Shown: positions 50,442 through 62,600 of the stretch, piece after piece
Numbering within the stretch: the stretch's first letter is position 1
Layout of the letters: each line of letters opens with the position of its first letter
DNA from: Phaeosaccion multiseriatum
Taxonomy: Eukaryota; Protista; Ochrophyta, other classes
Direction of reading: 5' to 3'
Assembly (NCBI GenBank): GCA_965112735.1
Contig: OZ218953.1
Span: 3,100,001-3,164,000, forward strand
Length of the DNA stretch: 64,000 nt
Notes under the pieces: model-generated
The model's database searches: none
Seen by the model: only the letters and a program-made list of their open reading frames with translations
Told to the model about the DNA's origin: nothing
Position numbers and translations under genes: made by a program

Positions 50442-51135
50442 TGCTGCCCCTAATGCTGCTGCTCCTACTACTGTCGATTCCAAATCTGTTGCCAGTCCGC
50501 CGGTGATCGTGCTCGGCGCCGAAGCTCCCACTTTCTCCATTGGCTCCTCGGCAAGCGGGGGAGAAGCGGGGAACTGAGAGGGACGAGAAGAGGGCGGACG
50601 AGGAACGGTGGGACGAGCACAGAGAGCGACTGCCCGGCTGGAGGAGGGAAGAGAGAGGCGCACCACTGTCGCCTTGGTACAGCCGGCTGGGAATGAGGCC
50701 ATTTGCGCCGCTGCTGCTTCTGGGTCTGCTGTAGCATCTGCTTCGTAGGCATTGGAGCCCCTTCGCTGCTACCCCCGCTGCTGCTCTACTGCTGCTACTT
50801 CTGCTGCCGCCGGCTCGAGAGATTGCCAGCATCGCTGAGTCCGGTCGACAGTGGCTACGAGTTGACCTGCTGCTGCTCCTACCCTCCTTAGTGCTTTTGA
50901 AGGTCGACTGGAGGGAGAGCGCAGAGCTGGCACGGAGCCAAACGGGGCTCACTACCAGCACGAGCGCGAGGGCAGTCGACAGGAGCAGCGGCAGCGGTGC
51001 GACGCCGTCCGAACGACGTCTCGCGCCCTTCGCCCTTGCCCTCTCGTACCGCTCCTGCTCCTCCTCCCGGCTTGCCTCGTGCTGCTCCTGGGGCTGCCGC
51101 TGCTGTCTCCAGTGTTCGCGCAAACGACTCTTCAT
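39975..51135 (-). CDS. recG: Organelle-targeted RecG helicase fused to a C-terminal DEDDh 3'-5' exonuclease domain (over 20 exons)
   Basis: RecG motifs: [146 protein letters not shown]. These are followed in frame by [16 protein letters not shown] and AHSGDGDV. Last exon 40007-39975. Confidence 0.92.
47376..47650 (-). repeat. Intronic ~120-140-bp duplications of the RecG exon end and donor site
   Basis: GGAGGAG(A/G)ATGAACAG|GTCAGTCAGTCAC appears at the true exon end (~47626) and again at ~47488. A decayed third copy lies at ~47376. Confidence 0.65.
48205..48330. repeat. (GGGA)n polypurine microsatellite in a RecG intron, representative of dozens of intronic SSRs
   Basis: Long GGGA run. Similar (CA)n, (GA)n, (GGAA)n and (CTCCT)n tracts occur at e.g. 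1815-1870, 3370-3428, 43860-44030 and 63260-63510. Confidence 0.9.
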
Positions 51136-51659
51136 GCCCTTCACATTTCCTTTCCTCAGCACGCTGTTCTCTGAAAGCTGGTGGGGGAGGCAGATCCCCT
51201 TTATCCTTTATTATTTTTTTGGGGGTGGCTTAGTTTTCCCCTTTACCTTACAGGACTTGGGTCTCCCTCACCCCAACTTTCGTCGCGTCCGGCGTGTGGC
51301 CACGACCACGACCTACCAGCCCACCGGGCAACCAATATTCTTTCTTCCCCACATGCTCCTTCCTCAGTGCTGATTCGGGGATCGATGCCGGCCACACTCC
51401 CGCAGTGGTGGTGCGCATCACCCCATCCTCCCTGCTCCGCGCCACTTTGCAAATGGGTGTGCACAGGTTTGAGACTTGAGGGAGAAAAAATGACGCAGTT
51501 TGCCATGGTATGGTACTTTGCACATATTCTATTCACATCTTAGAGGGACTCGAGTAACAGACACACAGGACTGGTACACACATCTGCAACACACACACCC
51601 GTCGCCGTACTACATAACAGCCGTTGGTGTGTGCCTTTTCGACGTCTCACCCCCCCTCC

Positions 51660-52787
51660 CTACCGCGCTGCGGCCGACCGACCGGGGTGGAGCATATGGT
51701 GCAGATACCCACCCAAGTTGAACCCACGCCGCGGCCCCTTACTTTTTTCCTTCGGCGCCGAGGCTGCTGCTGCTGCTACCTCTGCTGCTGCGCCTTTCGT
51801 GCCCTTTTTACCACAGCCAAACAAGGAGAATCCACTGCCGCTTGTCTTGGACCCCGCCCCTTCCTCTCCTGCCACCCCCCGTCCCTTGCCCTTGCCCTTC
51901 TTCTGCTCCTGCACATTCTCCTGCTCCTCCTGCTCTAACCGTAGGCGCACCTCCTTCATCACTTCGGCCACTTGCTCTCTGATCTCGTCCGGCGTACCGG
52001 GGCTGAACACGTCCCCCAGGCGCTGCCCCTTGGCGTCCGTGACACTCGCGTCGGCCCCCTTGGCCAAGAGCACTTGCAGAGCCACGCAGTTACCCGTGTA
52101 GGCCGACACAAACATTGGCGTCATGCCGGTCTGTTCCCGCGCCTCCAGTGCCGAGGGGTCACGCGAAAGGATGGCGGTCGCTATCTCCTCGATCTGAGCC
52201 CGGGGGCCTTTACGAGTGGCCAGCACGTGAAGCGGTGTGAAGTTGCTATTGTCCCTCGACGATGGCCAGGCCCCGTGCTTGAGCATGAGATTCACCACGG
52301 GGACGAGGCCCGCCATCACGCCATAGTGGAGGGGACTGAAGCCGACGGAGTTGGCCACGTTCACCCTGGCGCCCGCGGCGAGCAACACCTCCACCACCCC
52401 GACCCCCGTGCCCGCTGCGTAGTGCAGGGCGGCGTTCCCTTCCCGATCTCGCTCGTTGACCACATCTGCATGGTACCTGGCGCCCTCCGCTTTCAGGATA
52501 TCTCTCATGGCGCTCGTATCTGCGCTGAGGGTTGCGGTGAGCAGACGGGAACGGGGGATGTCCGTGGGGTCGAAGGGGCGCTCCTGCCGCTGCTTTGCCA
52601 GCTTGAGCTTGAGAATCTTGCGGTACGCGTCTTGCTTAATCTTCTGCGCATGATCCTTCTGCTGGTGACTCCGCCGCTGCTGCTGGTTGCAGTCCTCCTC
52701 TTCTACCACACTCCGCTGCTGCCTCTCCTCCGTGACCCCGCCCGTTGCATCGCTACTCGCCTCCAGCAGAGCACTAGCCGCTGGCAT
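51660..52787 (-). CDS. Intronless ankyrin repeat protein
   Basis: Repeats VNERDREGNAALHYAA, VNVANSVGFSPLHYGV, RDNSNFTPLHVLA and EQTGMTPMFVSAYTGN. Likely ATG at 52787; the ORF is open to 53237. Confidence 0.85.
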   Translation of the reverse strand: MPAASALLEASSDATGGVTEERQQRSVVEEEDCNQQQRRSHQQKDHAQKIKQDAYRKILKLKLAKQRQERPFDPTDIPRSRLLTATLSADTSAMRDILKAEGARYHADVVNERDREGNAALHYAAGTGVGVVEVLLAAGARVNVANSVGFSPLHYGVMAGLVPVVNLMLKHGAWPSSRDNSNFTPLHVLATRKGPRAQIEEIATAILSRDPSALEAREQTGMTPMFVSAYTGNCVALQVLLAKGADASVTDAKGQRLGDVFSPGTPDEIREQVAEVMKEVRLRLEQEEQENVQEQKKGKGKGRGVAGEEGAGSKTSGSGFSLFGCGKKGTKGAAAEVAAAAASAPKEKSKGPRRGFNLGGYLHHMLHPGRSAAAR

Positions 52788-53208
52788 CTTGGCCGTGCGG
52801 CCAGAACTGAGAAGAGAATTGGAGGCGGCTCCTTCAGAAACGGGTGAGGTGAGGTCGCCGCCGTCCCTTGTAACCGGCCGCCACTGCAAGTGTGCGAGCT
52901 GCGGACTCAAGTTCCCTGAGACTGGGGCTGTGCAGCGATCCTCTGCGTACGTCAATGCTGTGGCTGCGAGAGATGGGAAATGGTGAGGTGTGCGCCTCTC
53001 GTCGCGAACTACCGTTCTCCGCGAGAGCAGTATAGGATGATCAGGTGGGGTGCGACTGCCCACGCGCAAGGGCCAAATCGACTTTTCTTTCTTTTCTTTC
53101 CAACCGCTGAGAGAACCGCTCGGGCGTTCTCTGCCGTTACACACGTGATGGTATTTCAAAAATGAAATACAATGTACCCCCCCAGAACGCAAATTCAAAC
53201 TCACATAC

Positions 53209-53736
53209 GCCACATGCACGCCTGACCACGACCACATACATGGTGCCGTTTTGCTCTAGGCCGCTAGCCGCTCGGGGGGGGGGGGCCTTCGGCCGATCTA
53301 GGCCTAGGCCGGTGTCCTCCGGCCGCTCTAGGCCGCTCACTTTTCAGTCCTAGGCGGCCTATAGCCCGCCTCTAGGCAGCCTCCCAGTGACCGTGGGCGC
53401 GTGCGTGGTGCGTGGTGGGCCACTGCCGCCCAGCCAGTGGGTAGCAGCACACCTGTAGGTCTGCACTCCTCGTAGGGCCAGCGAGGCGGAAAGAGACAAC
53501 ACGAACGAAGTCTACTCCTCACTTCCAATCCCATGCAATGAAACTGACTACTCTTTGTACACTCCCACCGTCCGCCTAGTAGTTGCTTGTTGGCTGGCGT
53601 CTGCCCTAGGCCGCGCGGGCCTCCGGCCCGCCTAGGCCGCCTAGGCGGCGGCATATAAATAGGCCGAGGGCCTACAGCCCTCGCTAGGTCGGGCAATTTC
53701 CCCAAATAGGCCTAGGCCGCTAGGCGTGCATGGGGC
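53209..53736. mobile_element. Candidate MITE with CTAGG(CC)-rich subterminal arrays
   Basis: 14/15 inverted repeat GCCACATGCACGCCT / AGGCGTGCATGGGGC. Dense CTAGGC motifs at 53250-53380 and 53575-53725 flank a unique core. No clear TSD. Confidence 0.4.
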
Positions 53737-53764
53737 TGACTTGCTGACAACTGCAGACAGAATG

Positions 53765-54274
53765 TCGACCCCTGACGCGCTATCGTCGACCTCTGACGCA
53801 TTATCGCCCACATTCTCGATAGCGGGCAATCGGCCGCCGGCCGATAGCGTCGAATAGCGGATAGCGGATCGGCTGGCGCCGGCGATAGCGGATAGCGGAT
53901 AGTGCGTCAGGGGTTGACTAGCGCCCACATTCTCGATAGCACGCCATCGGCCCCCCCCGATAGCGGATAGCGCGCCGGCTGGCGCCGGCGATAGCGGATA
54001 TCGGATATCGGCTCCAGCCACGCAGGGCTTCTCTGGCCCCCCGATAAGCAGAAGCCTGAGGCGGCCTGCGGCCAAAGCAAAAAGCCCGGGGCTGGCCTGC
54101 GGCCAGAAGCCTGCATAATCTCTCCTCCCCCCCCCCCCTGAACCTCCCTGAGAAGCCTGAAGCCCAGACCACTGGCTTCTGCGGGAAGCCCGAAGCCTGG
54201 AGGGGGCTATGGCTCAGAAGCCCGGAGCCCGAGAAGCCCTGCGGGGAGCCGACGGATAGCGCGTCAGGGGTCGA
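53765..54274. mobile_element. MITE, 510 bp, perfect 20-bp TIR, perfect 6-bp TSD AGAATG
   Basis: TCGACCCCTGACGCGCTATC (53765-53784) and its exact reverse complement (54255-54274). AGAATG lies at 53759-53764 and 54275-54280. Internal GATAGCG and GAAGCC repeats. Confidence 0.85.
53786..53917. mobile_element. Nested 132-bp MITE of the same family
   Basis: 17/20 TIR (TCGACCTCTGACGCATTATC / GATAGTGCGTCAGGGGTTGA). Flanks CTATCG / CTAGCG match 5/6. Shares the subterminal GCCCACATTCTCGATAGC with the host element. Confidence 0.7.
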
Positions 54275-54545
54275 AGAATGGTCCAAGAAAAGAGCTCAAC
54301 CCTTAATCAGGAAGCGCCGCATGATTTGCACAGGCCGACCCGTGGCCAGAGATTGTTGGCTAGTTCTACGATGTATTAGAATGGGGGAGAAGGGGTGTTT
54401 CGAGCCCCAAAAGACGCCTATTAAAACTTGCGGCGGCGAAGCTCCATCTCAGCCACGCTCTGGCTGCCCAACAACAGCATAGACAACAGAGGGCGGAGGG
54501 GTGCTCCGCTCCCCGCCCCCCCCCCACCTCCTTCGAGACCGTTGC

Positions 54546-56083
54546 CTAGCCCCTCCGAAGATTCGCCAGCCTCGCCTCCAGCTCGCTCTCCATGCCCCCC
54601 CCCCCCCTCCTCCTCCTCCTCCTCCTCCTCCCCCTCCTGGTGGTGGAGCAGCAGGGGGGTGGTCGTCTTTGCCGCCCCCCCCGTCTGGCCCTGCTCCCAG
54701 GGCAACTTTGCTCGGTCCCTCCGCTTGCGGCGAAGCGGCCAAGCCCTGTGGAGCCCCAGGCACGCTCTCTGCGAAGTTGATGCCAATCTCGTCAAGCACC
54801 TGGCTTACGATTTGGTCCTCCGCCTCCTCGTCGCCATCCTCGCCCAGCCCGTCGTCAATGACATCGCCTTGAACAAGATAATTGTACACGGGCACGGACG
54901 AGGAGCGCACGCACGAGACAGAATGAGGAGAAGGACTGAGGAGCAAGACCACTACCAAGACCACTACCAAGACCAAAGCTAAGACCCCTACCCCCCCGCG
55001 CCTCCCTCCCTCCCCCCCCCCTCTCCCGCTGCTGGTACTGCTGCTGGGAGACCCCGCCTGGAACACGTGGGCACACCCCCCCCCACCACCCATTCACCAC
55101 TCCACCAGTATTTGGACGCGTGCTCTGCCCAGGGACCCTAAGGACACAAGATTCGCCTTACTCCCTCCCTCCCTTCTCCTCCCTTCACCCCGCTACTACA
55201 CCCCCACCCACCCCCACACGCCCATTCGACTCACCGAGCATCTCCCCCGTGAGCTCCTGCTTCTCGTTCTCCCTGGCGAAGTCCATCATGATCTTCTGCA
55301 GCTGCGGAATGTTTACCTGCTTGTTGAGGCTCACCATGGCCTTGGTGACGTCCTTCATGGCACCCGCCATGGCCTCGTGCGAGCGCACCGTCTCCAGCTT
55401 CAAGCCCACGCCCTGCTCGCGTCCGTCGTTTCCACATGCATATATATATACACACACGTTCACGTTGGTTGGGGGCTCGCGTCGGCGTCAAGGCATTCGG
55501 TGCGCCGGGAAGAGTCGATAGACACTCCTGCTTTCCTCCCCTCCTCCTCCACTCGCGACACAAGTTCAGTCGGACTCTATTCTTCCCGCTTACCTGAAGG
55601 TGGCTCCTGAACTCTATAAACTTGGTAATGTAGTTGCGGGTGCGCACCAAGTCTTTGGCAAGCACCTGAGAGGGACGATAGAAAGGAAAGAGGGGGCGTT
55701 CTGTCAGTGCCCAAGGCAGCGTGGCGCCCCCAAGCGAGTTTTTTTGGGGGGGGGAGGGCTGCAGCGCGGGGAAGGCGGGTCTTGGGGGGCGCCACACTGT
55801 ACGCTCTGCCCTGCCCCGTCTTGCTCAATCACCTCCCCACACACATGTGTATCGTTTGCGGTCTAACTCAGCAAAGAAAGGACCACACCTTTCAACGACT
55901 CACCTTGACGGCCCCCATTTGGTTGGCCTTTGCCGTCTTCTTAATCTCGCCTATCAGCTTCTTCTCCTGTCTCTCCAGGTTCGTCTTCTCTCTGTCAATC
56001 TCCCTCACGGCTCTGCTTATCGTCCTCTTATTCTCCCGAAGAATCTCCTTCAGGGGCTTCTTCCTGCCAAAGGCATTCCCCAT
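54546..56083 (-). CDS. VPS2: ESCRT-III subunit Vps2/CHMP2A, 4 exons (apparent homopolymer frameshift near the C-terminus)
   Basis: MGNAFGRKKPLKEILRENKRTISRAVREIDRE..QMGAVK|VLAKDLVRTR..|GVGLKLETVRSHEAMAGAMKDVTKAM..|DVIDD..QIVSQVLDEIG. The C-terminal MIM1 motif ELEARLANLRRG* is reached only after a frame change in the C13 run at 54595-54607. Confidence 0.92.
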
Positions 56084-56350
56084 CCTGCCTCCCAATCTGC
56101 CAGAGTATGCCCTCCAGTAACTCAACTAGACCTATGGAGACGACCTTACATGTGGGTACAGCTCGTGCTCTTCTTAGTTGAGTTTGGGGGCCGCGTGATC
56201 GATTAAGCGAGTTCCCTCCTTCTCCGCCCCCAACTGTGACTCAGGATTCGGACCACCAACACGCGAGCTTGGCCTTAAACACCTCAAAACTCACATCCCG
56301 GCATTCGCGGCAGCCTGTGGGAGGGGAAGTGCCCCAGAGGCCCCTAGCCT

Positions 56351-57135
56351 ATGGTGGTGCTCACCCCGAACCCTCGGACGGTGGGGCGGCCTCCGAACCC
56401 GTCGCAGCTGTCCAAACTCGCACTTGCCCATCGCTACACGTTCGAGACGCAAACACTGAGGAAACGCAAGGCCTTTCAAGCCCAAGATCCGACCTACAAG
56501 TCCGCCGGACTGAAGCTTTTCTTGAGCCTGCAGCAGGAGCCTCCAGTGGCAAGAGGTGGGGCTGGTAATGGTCATGGTGGGGGGAGGGGAAGCTCTGGTT
56601 GTGAGCGTGGCGGGAACAACGATGAGACGCTTAGCGTGTTCGGCGGGGAGCTGTCTTACACCAGCCCCCAGAGTAACAGAGGGGATCATCAGTTCGGCGG
56701 GCAATGCCAAGGGCAAGAAAGGCGGCAACTCAGGGATGGAGAGGAGGAGGGCTCGGGGGTAGGCACGCAGAGCCAGAGCCAGGACAGCCCTCTTCACAGA
56801 TTGCGGCGTCGCCCGTTGCCGTCTCCTGAACCGCAGCAACAAGAGGTCCCATCCCTGCGGCGCTCATTGCAGGGCTCTTCGCACCACTCGCAAGGCCCCG
56901 GGGCGGGGGCGGGGGCGGGCTCGCCGCAGCTGTGGCAGGACGAGGAGCCTCCTTCGTCCCAGCTCAGGCCACCGCTGCATCCACAGCAGGAGGGGCGATG
57001 GCCGAGGCAGCGATCTCCTACTGAGGATGGCCTGGATCTCTCCGCACTCTCTGCGGCAGAAGCTGGCACCTCGCAACGCCCTCCGCGCTCCTCTCAGGCT
57101 GTCCCACTTTTGAGCCAAGCGAGGTGGCAGAAGCA

Positions 57136-57166
<31 letters not shown>

Positions 57167-59478
57167 GAGGAGGAGGACAGCAGCCAAGGCATGGGCAACA
57201 ATCTCTCCCCAAGTCCACCCTTGAATCCGTATCAGTCTCAGTCCCAGCAGCAGCAGCAGCATCAAGGCATCAGTCAGCAGCGGCAGCGGCAACCCTCCCC
57301 ACCGCGGCAGCGCCAACGCTCCCCCTTATCTTCCATGTGGCCCACTTCTGCTGCAGCAGAAGCTGCTTCTCGTAGCCAGTCAGGCCCTGGCAGCGGTAGA
57401 GCAAGTACGCCCCAACGTCAACGTGGTAGAGCCTCGCAGCAGGGCGGGGGTAGTGCCAACAGCAGCAACAGCAACAGCAGCAACATCAGTGGCAGTGGCG
57501 GCAGGAAGAGACAACGGACCCCCTCCCCATCCCCTTCCCCAAGTCCGGCGCACTTGCGGTCCAGTCCCTGGGACAGCTTCCCGGCGGTAAGAGCAGGCCT
57601 TACCTTACAGTGGGAATGAACTTCTCTCTAGTGATTGGCGTCAGAAGGGAGGGGTACTGTGCTTAACGTGGTAGGGTCGGGGTCGTCGCCAACTGGTGCT
57701 CTATGGGAGTCTGGACTAATTTGCGTACCACCTTTTCCGTCGCCTTTGCCCTTCTTGGTCGTATTGACTGACGCTTCTACTTTTGCCGCCCTTTTGCTTG
57801 CCGCTGCTGCTCTCCTCATCCGAAACGCTTCCCCCCCGTCCAGCCCCCCCTGCCACACCGGGGCAATGAGTCCACCACCACCCCCACTGGCAGCAGTAGC
57901 AACCGCCAGAGTGGAAACCTGAACCAGGGCCGGCGCCAGAGCCAGAGCCAGAGCCAAATTCAGAGCCAGATTCAGAGCCAGACACAGCTGGAAACACCGA
58001 CGCAGACGTCTCATAGGCAGTCCCAGTCCTCGAGGCGCCCATCCCCTGGGGCGGTGGCGGCGGCGGCGGCTGCTGCTGCTGCTGCTTACGTGGACGCCCC
58101 TCCCCCCCTGCTGCATCTGCGGGCAGAGCATTGGCGAGGCCTGCATGAGGTGGAAGGGCTGCTCAACGCGTGTCAGAGGAAGGAGTCACTGGAGGCCTTC
58201 CTGGCCCTGTGTGAAGGGGAGAAGGGCAAAGGCGGCTTCCTCTCCATGGCGGTGCTGTGGGTAAGTAAGGAGGGAAGGCGGTAGAGAATCGATGGCAGTC
58301 AAGGGCATGCGTGTAATGGACCCTGCTGGAGCGCCCGCACCCTGGGGAGTGTATGGATGGGGTGCGTGTGCTGCCTTCCCTGCTGTGGGCCGGGGTTGTG
58401 TTTTGGAGGGGGGTGCTCTCTTCCTTCCTTCCTTCGTTTTTTTTCTTTCTGGCGTCGCGGCGCCTGTCTTCTGATCTCAGGTTTGCTTCCTTCGGCCTTC
58501 ACGGACTTGTCCCATGCGTGTATGGTTTAGAGCTCTAACTCTTGCCCTTTCTTGTAACGCCATCGCAGGCCGATCTGAGCACCAACTTCGCCAATGTGAG
58601 TGCCAAGCTCTGCGTGCCGTCGGAGCAGTGCCATGTGTGGCACTGTGCCTGTGGACGCACCGTCCGAGCTCAGGTGCGTACGCCCCCCTCTCTTTCTGTC
58701 GCTCTGCCTCTCTCTTTCGCTCGCTTGCTCCTTTCCGGCAGCACCTCCCCGCCCCCCACCCACCCTCCCCTTCTGATATGTTAGAGGAGGGAGGAGGAGG
58801 GGAAAGGGAAATGGGGATTCTACAAAAATAGCTACGATAATACACGCAGCGCCTACCCCGCAAGCAGACAAGACTCCCCACTTGTTTTCACTACAGCTCT
58901 CACCTTCAAGCCCCGCTTCTCTCGCCCCACCTCTCCCCTTGTCTAAAACGTTACGTGCCCTTCTGATCATCCTCTCTTCCTGTCTGCGTGTTGCTTGCTG
59001 CCTCCCGGCGCCTCTATGTTTCTCGCAGGCCAAGGGTCGTGCCCCCTTGGGGCTCCTGGTCATGCTCCCCTCCTCCAACCAAACCTTCTTTCTTCCCTTG
59101 GCCGAACCTGCTCCATCCATGGAGGAGGAGGAGGAGGAGGAGAAGGAGGAGGAGGAGGAGGAGGAGGAGGAGGAAGAGGATGATTTTAAAGCCCACTACC
59201 CCTTTCCCTGTGAGTCGTCCACCGAGGAGCGCTGGGCAGCGGTGGCCCAACTGCTGAGCCTATCCCATGTAGCCAAAGTCCTGTACTCGGCGCAATCTGC
59301 TCTCTTGCCCCTCTTGGGTAAGTAAGTAGACTTGGGGGGGGGGAGGTTTGGGGGGTTGGAGGGTTGGAGGCGGGGGGCAGGGCAAGGCAGCAGCTTTTTC
59401 TATAAAAGTTTACCGCGGTTTCTTTTTGGCGCCCCACACACAACTCTGTTTGTGCCTGCAGCGACTCAAGCAACTTCG

Positions 59479-59554
<76 letters not shown>

Positions 59555-59618
59555 TGTGCTGTCCACACAGGGCGACTCATGGGGCCGTCGGACAGAAGGA
59601 TACGACACGGTGCCACCC

Positions 59619-59653
<35 letters not shown>

Positions 59654-62600
59654 GGCAGCAGCAGCAGCAGCAGCAGCAGCAGAGGCAGCGGTAGTGGAGA
59701 CAGTGCTTCCTCTCTATGCAACGCCTTGGTGGACCCCATGATCGCGGCATGGATGCTCAACACGGGCCAAAGCGAAGACAAGCTGCAGTTCGACGAGCTG
59801 GTGCAGACCTGGGGAGGAGGAGGAGGAGGAGGAGGAGGGCAACAACAAACACCACCACAGGAGGGAGGAGCAGCAGCAGCGCATGCCTCGAGAAGGAGAG
59901 GGGATGGATCGATGGTGGTGAGGCTCCGAGTCGCCATGGCGCAGCTGAAGCAGTCCATGGCCCTCGCGCAGACCCTGCTGGGCAAGCTCGACGAGGCTGG
60001 TCTGAAAAGAGCTTTTCTGCAGGTATCTGGGGAGGGGCGGATGGCAGTTGATGGGATGGGTCCACACGTGGCGAGGTGTGTCTGTCTACATCGGCGGGCT
60101 CTTGTGTTGTGTGTGCGTTTGTTGCGAGCGTGTGTGCCTCTGCCTCTGCCCTGCCCATCTCCATATCCCCCGTATGCTTTTAAATATACTCCTCTGCCCG
60201 TTCGCGCCGCCTCTCTCTTTGTGCTCCACCCGACTGCCTACCCTCCTGCCTTGGACAGATGGAGATGCCCCTCGCCTGTGTGCTGAGCGCCATGGAACTC
60301 CGAGGGGTGGGTCTCGTAACGGCAAAGCTCCACTCCTACAGGGATCGGATTGATCAGCACGTTGAAGACCTGTCTCTGAGGGCGGCGGCCGCGGTGTCCC
60401 CGCCGGGGTCTGCGCCATTCCTATTCAATTGCTCCTCGCCCGAGCAGGTCGCCAAGGTACGTCTCTCTGTTGGTCGGTCGAGTGCGCCCCACTCGACCCG
60501 ACCCGAGGAAAGAGCTGCCCTCGTCCCTACTCTAAACCCCCCCTAACCCCTACCGCTACGACCCGATCCCCTGCGTCCCTCCCCTCCCCTCCCCCCCCCC
60601 TCACTCTCTTCGGCGGCGTCTCTGCATCAGGTCCTCTATACACGCCTCAAGCTGCCGGCCCCTGCCCTTAGGAAGGGAGCCAAACACCCGAGTACTTCAG
60701 AGGACGTGTTGGAGTCACTCACTCACTTGCACCCCGTTGTCGACATCTTGCTCGAGTTTAGAGGGTGAGTAGTGCGGGCAAGTGTGACTGAGTGCATGTG
60801 TGTATGGTAGTGTGTGGAAGGTAGCCTATGGCCAAGCGGAGTGGGTGGAGCATAGGGGGTGAGTGAGGGGAAGTGTGAGTGTTATGGTTGAGAGTAAAAG
60901 TGCGTGCATGTGTGTGTTTTTGTGTTGTCTGTGTATGAGAGATGTAGACTATGGCAAAATGCGAGCGTCTGTCCAGTCCAAAACGCATGCACACACGCAC
61001 ACACACACTGCTTCGCTCCCATCCTCCTCCCCCCCCCCTCCTGCCGCATGCTCTTTTGTTCAAGTGTACGCAAGATTCAATCCACCTACGTCAACACCCT
61101 CTCCGGGCACGCCTTGTCAGGCAAGGTACATGCCCAGTGGAGCCAGGTGGGTGGGTGGGTGGGTGGGTGGGTGGGTGGGTGGGTGGGTGGAAGGGGAGGG
61201 GCCAATTGGGGTGAGGACGTGCGCCGGTGGGTAGGTAGGTGGGTGGGGAGGTGGGAGCGAGCCAGTCCGATCTCCGCTGAAAAAAGTGAAGAGTAAAAGC
61301 AGGACCTTTTTTTGTTCTCGCTATGTGTGCGTGCGCTCAAACGGGTTGCGTGTGTGCAGGCGTCCACTCGGACGGGCCGTATCAGCTGCAGCAGGCCCAA
61401 CCTTCAGGTGCGTCATCCAAGACTCAATACCCACTTTCCGTTTCGAGCAAGTACAGTACCGAATCCCTGTGCCATATGGGTCAGATCCAACGGGTGACAG
61501 CACGACACGGCACCCCACTCCTCCTCAACTTGCGCCTCCGGATTCACCCTTCATTCATGCCTTCATTCATGTATTCCTCCGATGGTAACCTAGTCACGCT
61601 CCTTCGCCTCCTTCACCTCCGCCCCTCCTTGCCAACCTCCCCACCTCCCACCATCTCTCACCTCCGTCCTTCCTGCGACTGTATCTCCTTCCTTGCCGCG
61701 ATTGGGTATTATCTTGGCCTTGTTGGGTCTCGCAGCAAATGCCAAAGGACGCAGAGAGCGAGGGTGCGGGACGGGCAGGAGCGGCTTTGCTCCGTATGGG
61801 GGTCAACATCAGGGACGCTTTTCGAAGTCCAGGGGGTTACGTCTTTGTGTGCGCTGACTATAGACAGGTCCGTCGGAAGGAAGAAGGGAAGCGAGGGAGG
61901 ACGGAGAGAAGGAGGGGGAGAGGGAGGGCGGGAGGGAGGAAGGAAGGAAGGAAGCGAGGGACAAAGGGAGGAAGGAGGGAGGGAGGGAGGGAGGGAGGCG
62001 GGACCTCGTGTATCCCCATGTTGTTTGGCATGATCGATGCATACTCTCCTCCCCCCATACTCTGCACATCCCTGACCGTCCGAGCTAATCCTTCCCTGCC
62101 TCTCTTCTCCTCTCTTCTTCTCCTCTCTACTCCTCTCTTCTTCTCCTCTCCCCTCCTCCCTCCTCCTCTCTACTCCTCACTACTCGTACTGCACCCACCT
62201 GTTGACACAAGATGGAAATGTCAGTCATGGCCCATGTATGCGGAGACGCCGCTTTGAAGCGCGCCCTTCAGGGCAACCCTCCTTCGGCGGCGCAGGAGCA
62301 GAGTCAGAGTCAGAGTCAGGGGCAGGGACAGGGGCAGGGTCTGACCCCCAATCAGGACAAGAAGAAGGGTTGTGAGACCCCCAAGGACGTGTACGAGGCT
62401 CTAGCGGCGGCTCTGCTCGGCAAGGGCCAGGACGAGCCGATCTCAAAGGTGCGCAGGGGGTGGGGGGGGGGCAGTGGGACACACCAACAGCATGGAGGTC
62501 CAACATGCATACATGCCATTGCATAGGGCAGCCAGCCACATGGTCCTGTGTTTTGTGTGTCTTGTTGGAGTACGCGTGCACTTGCGTTTGCCTCAACTCA

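Noticed and set aside
54590-54610. Programmed frameshift or pseudogenisation of VPS2
   Set aside because: The shift falls in a 13-nt C homopolymer and the MIM1 tail is intact, so an assembly indel is the most likely cause.
57628-58146. Minus-strand ORFs suggesting a nested gene
   Set aside because: The region is explained by the polymerase intron (57587-57843) and its plus-strand exon.
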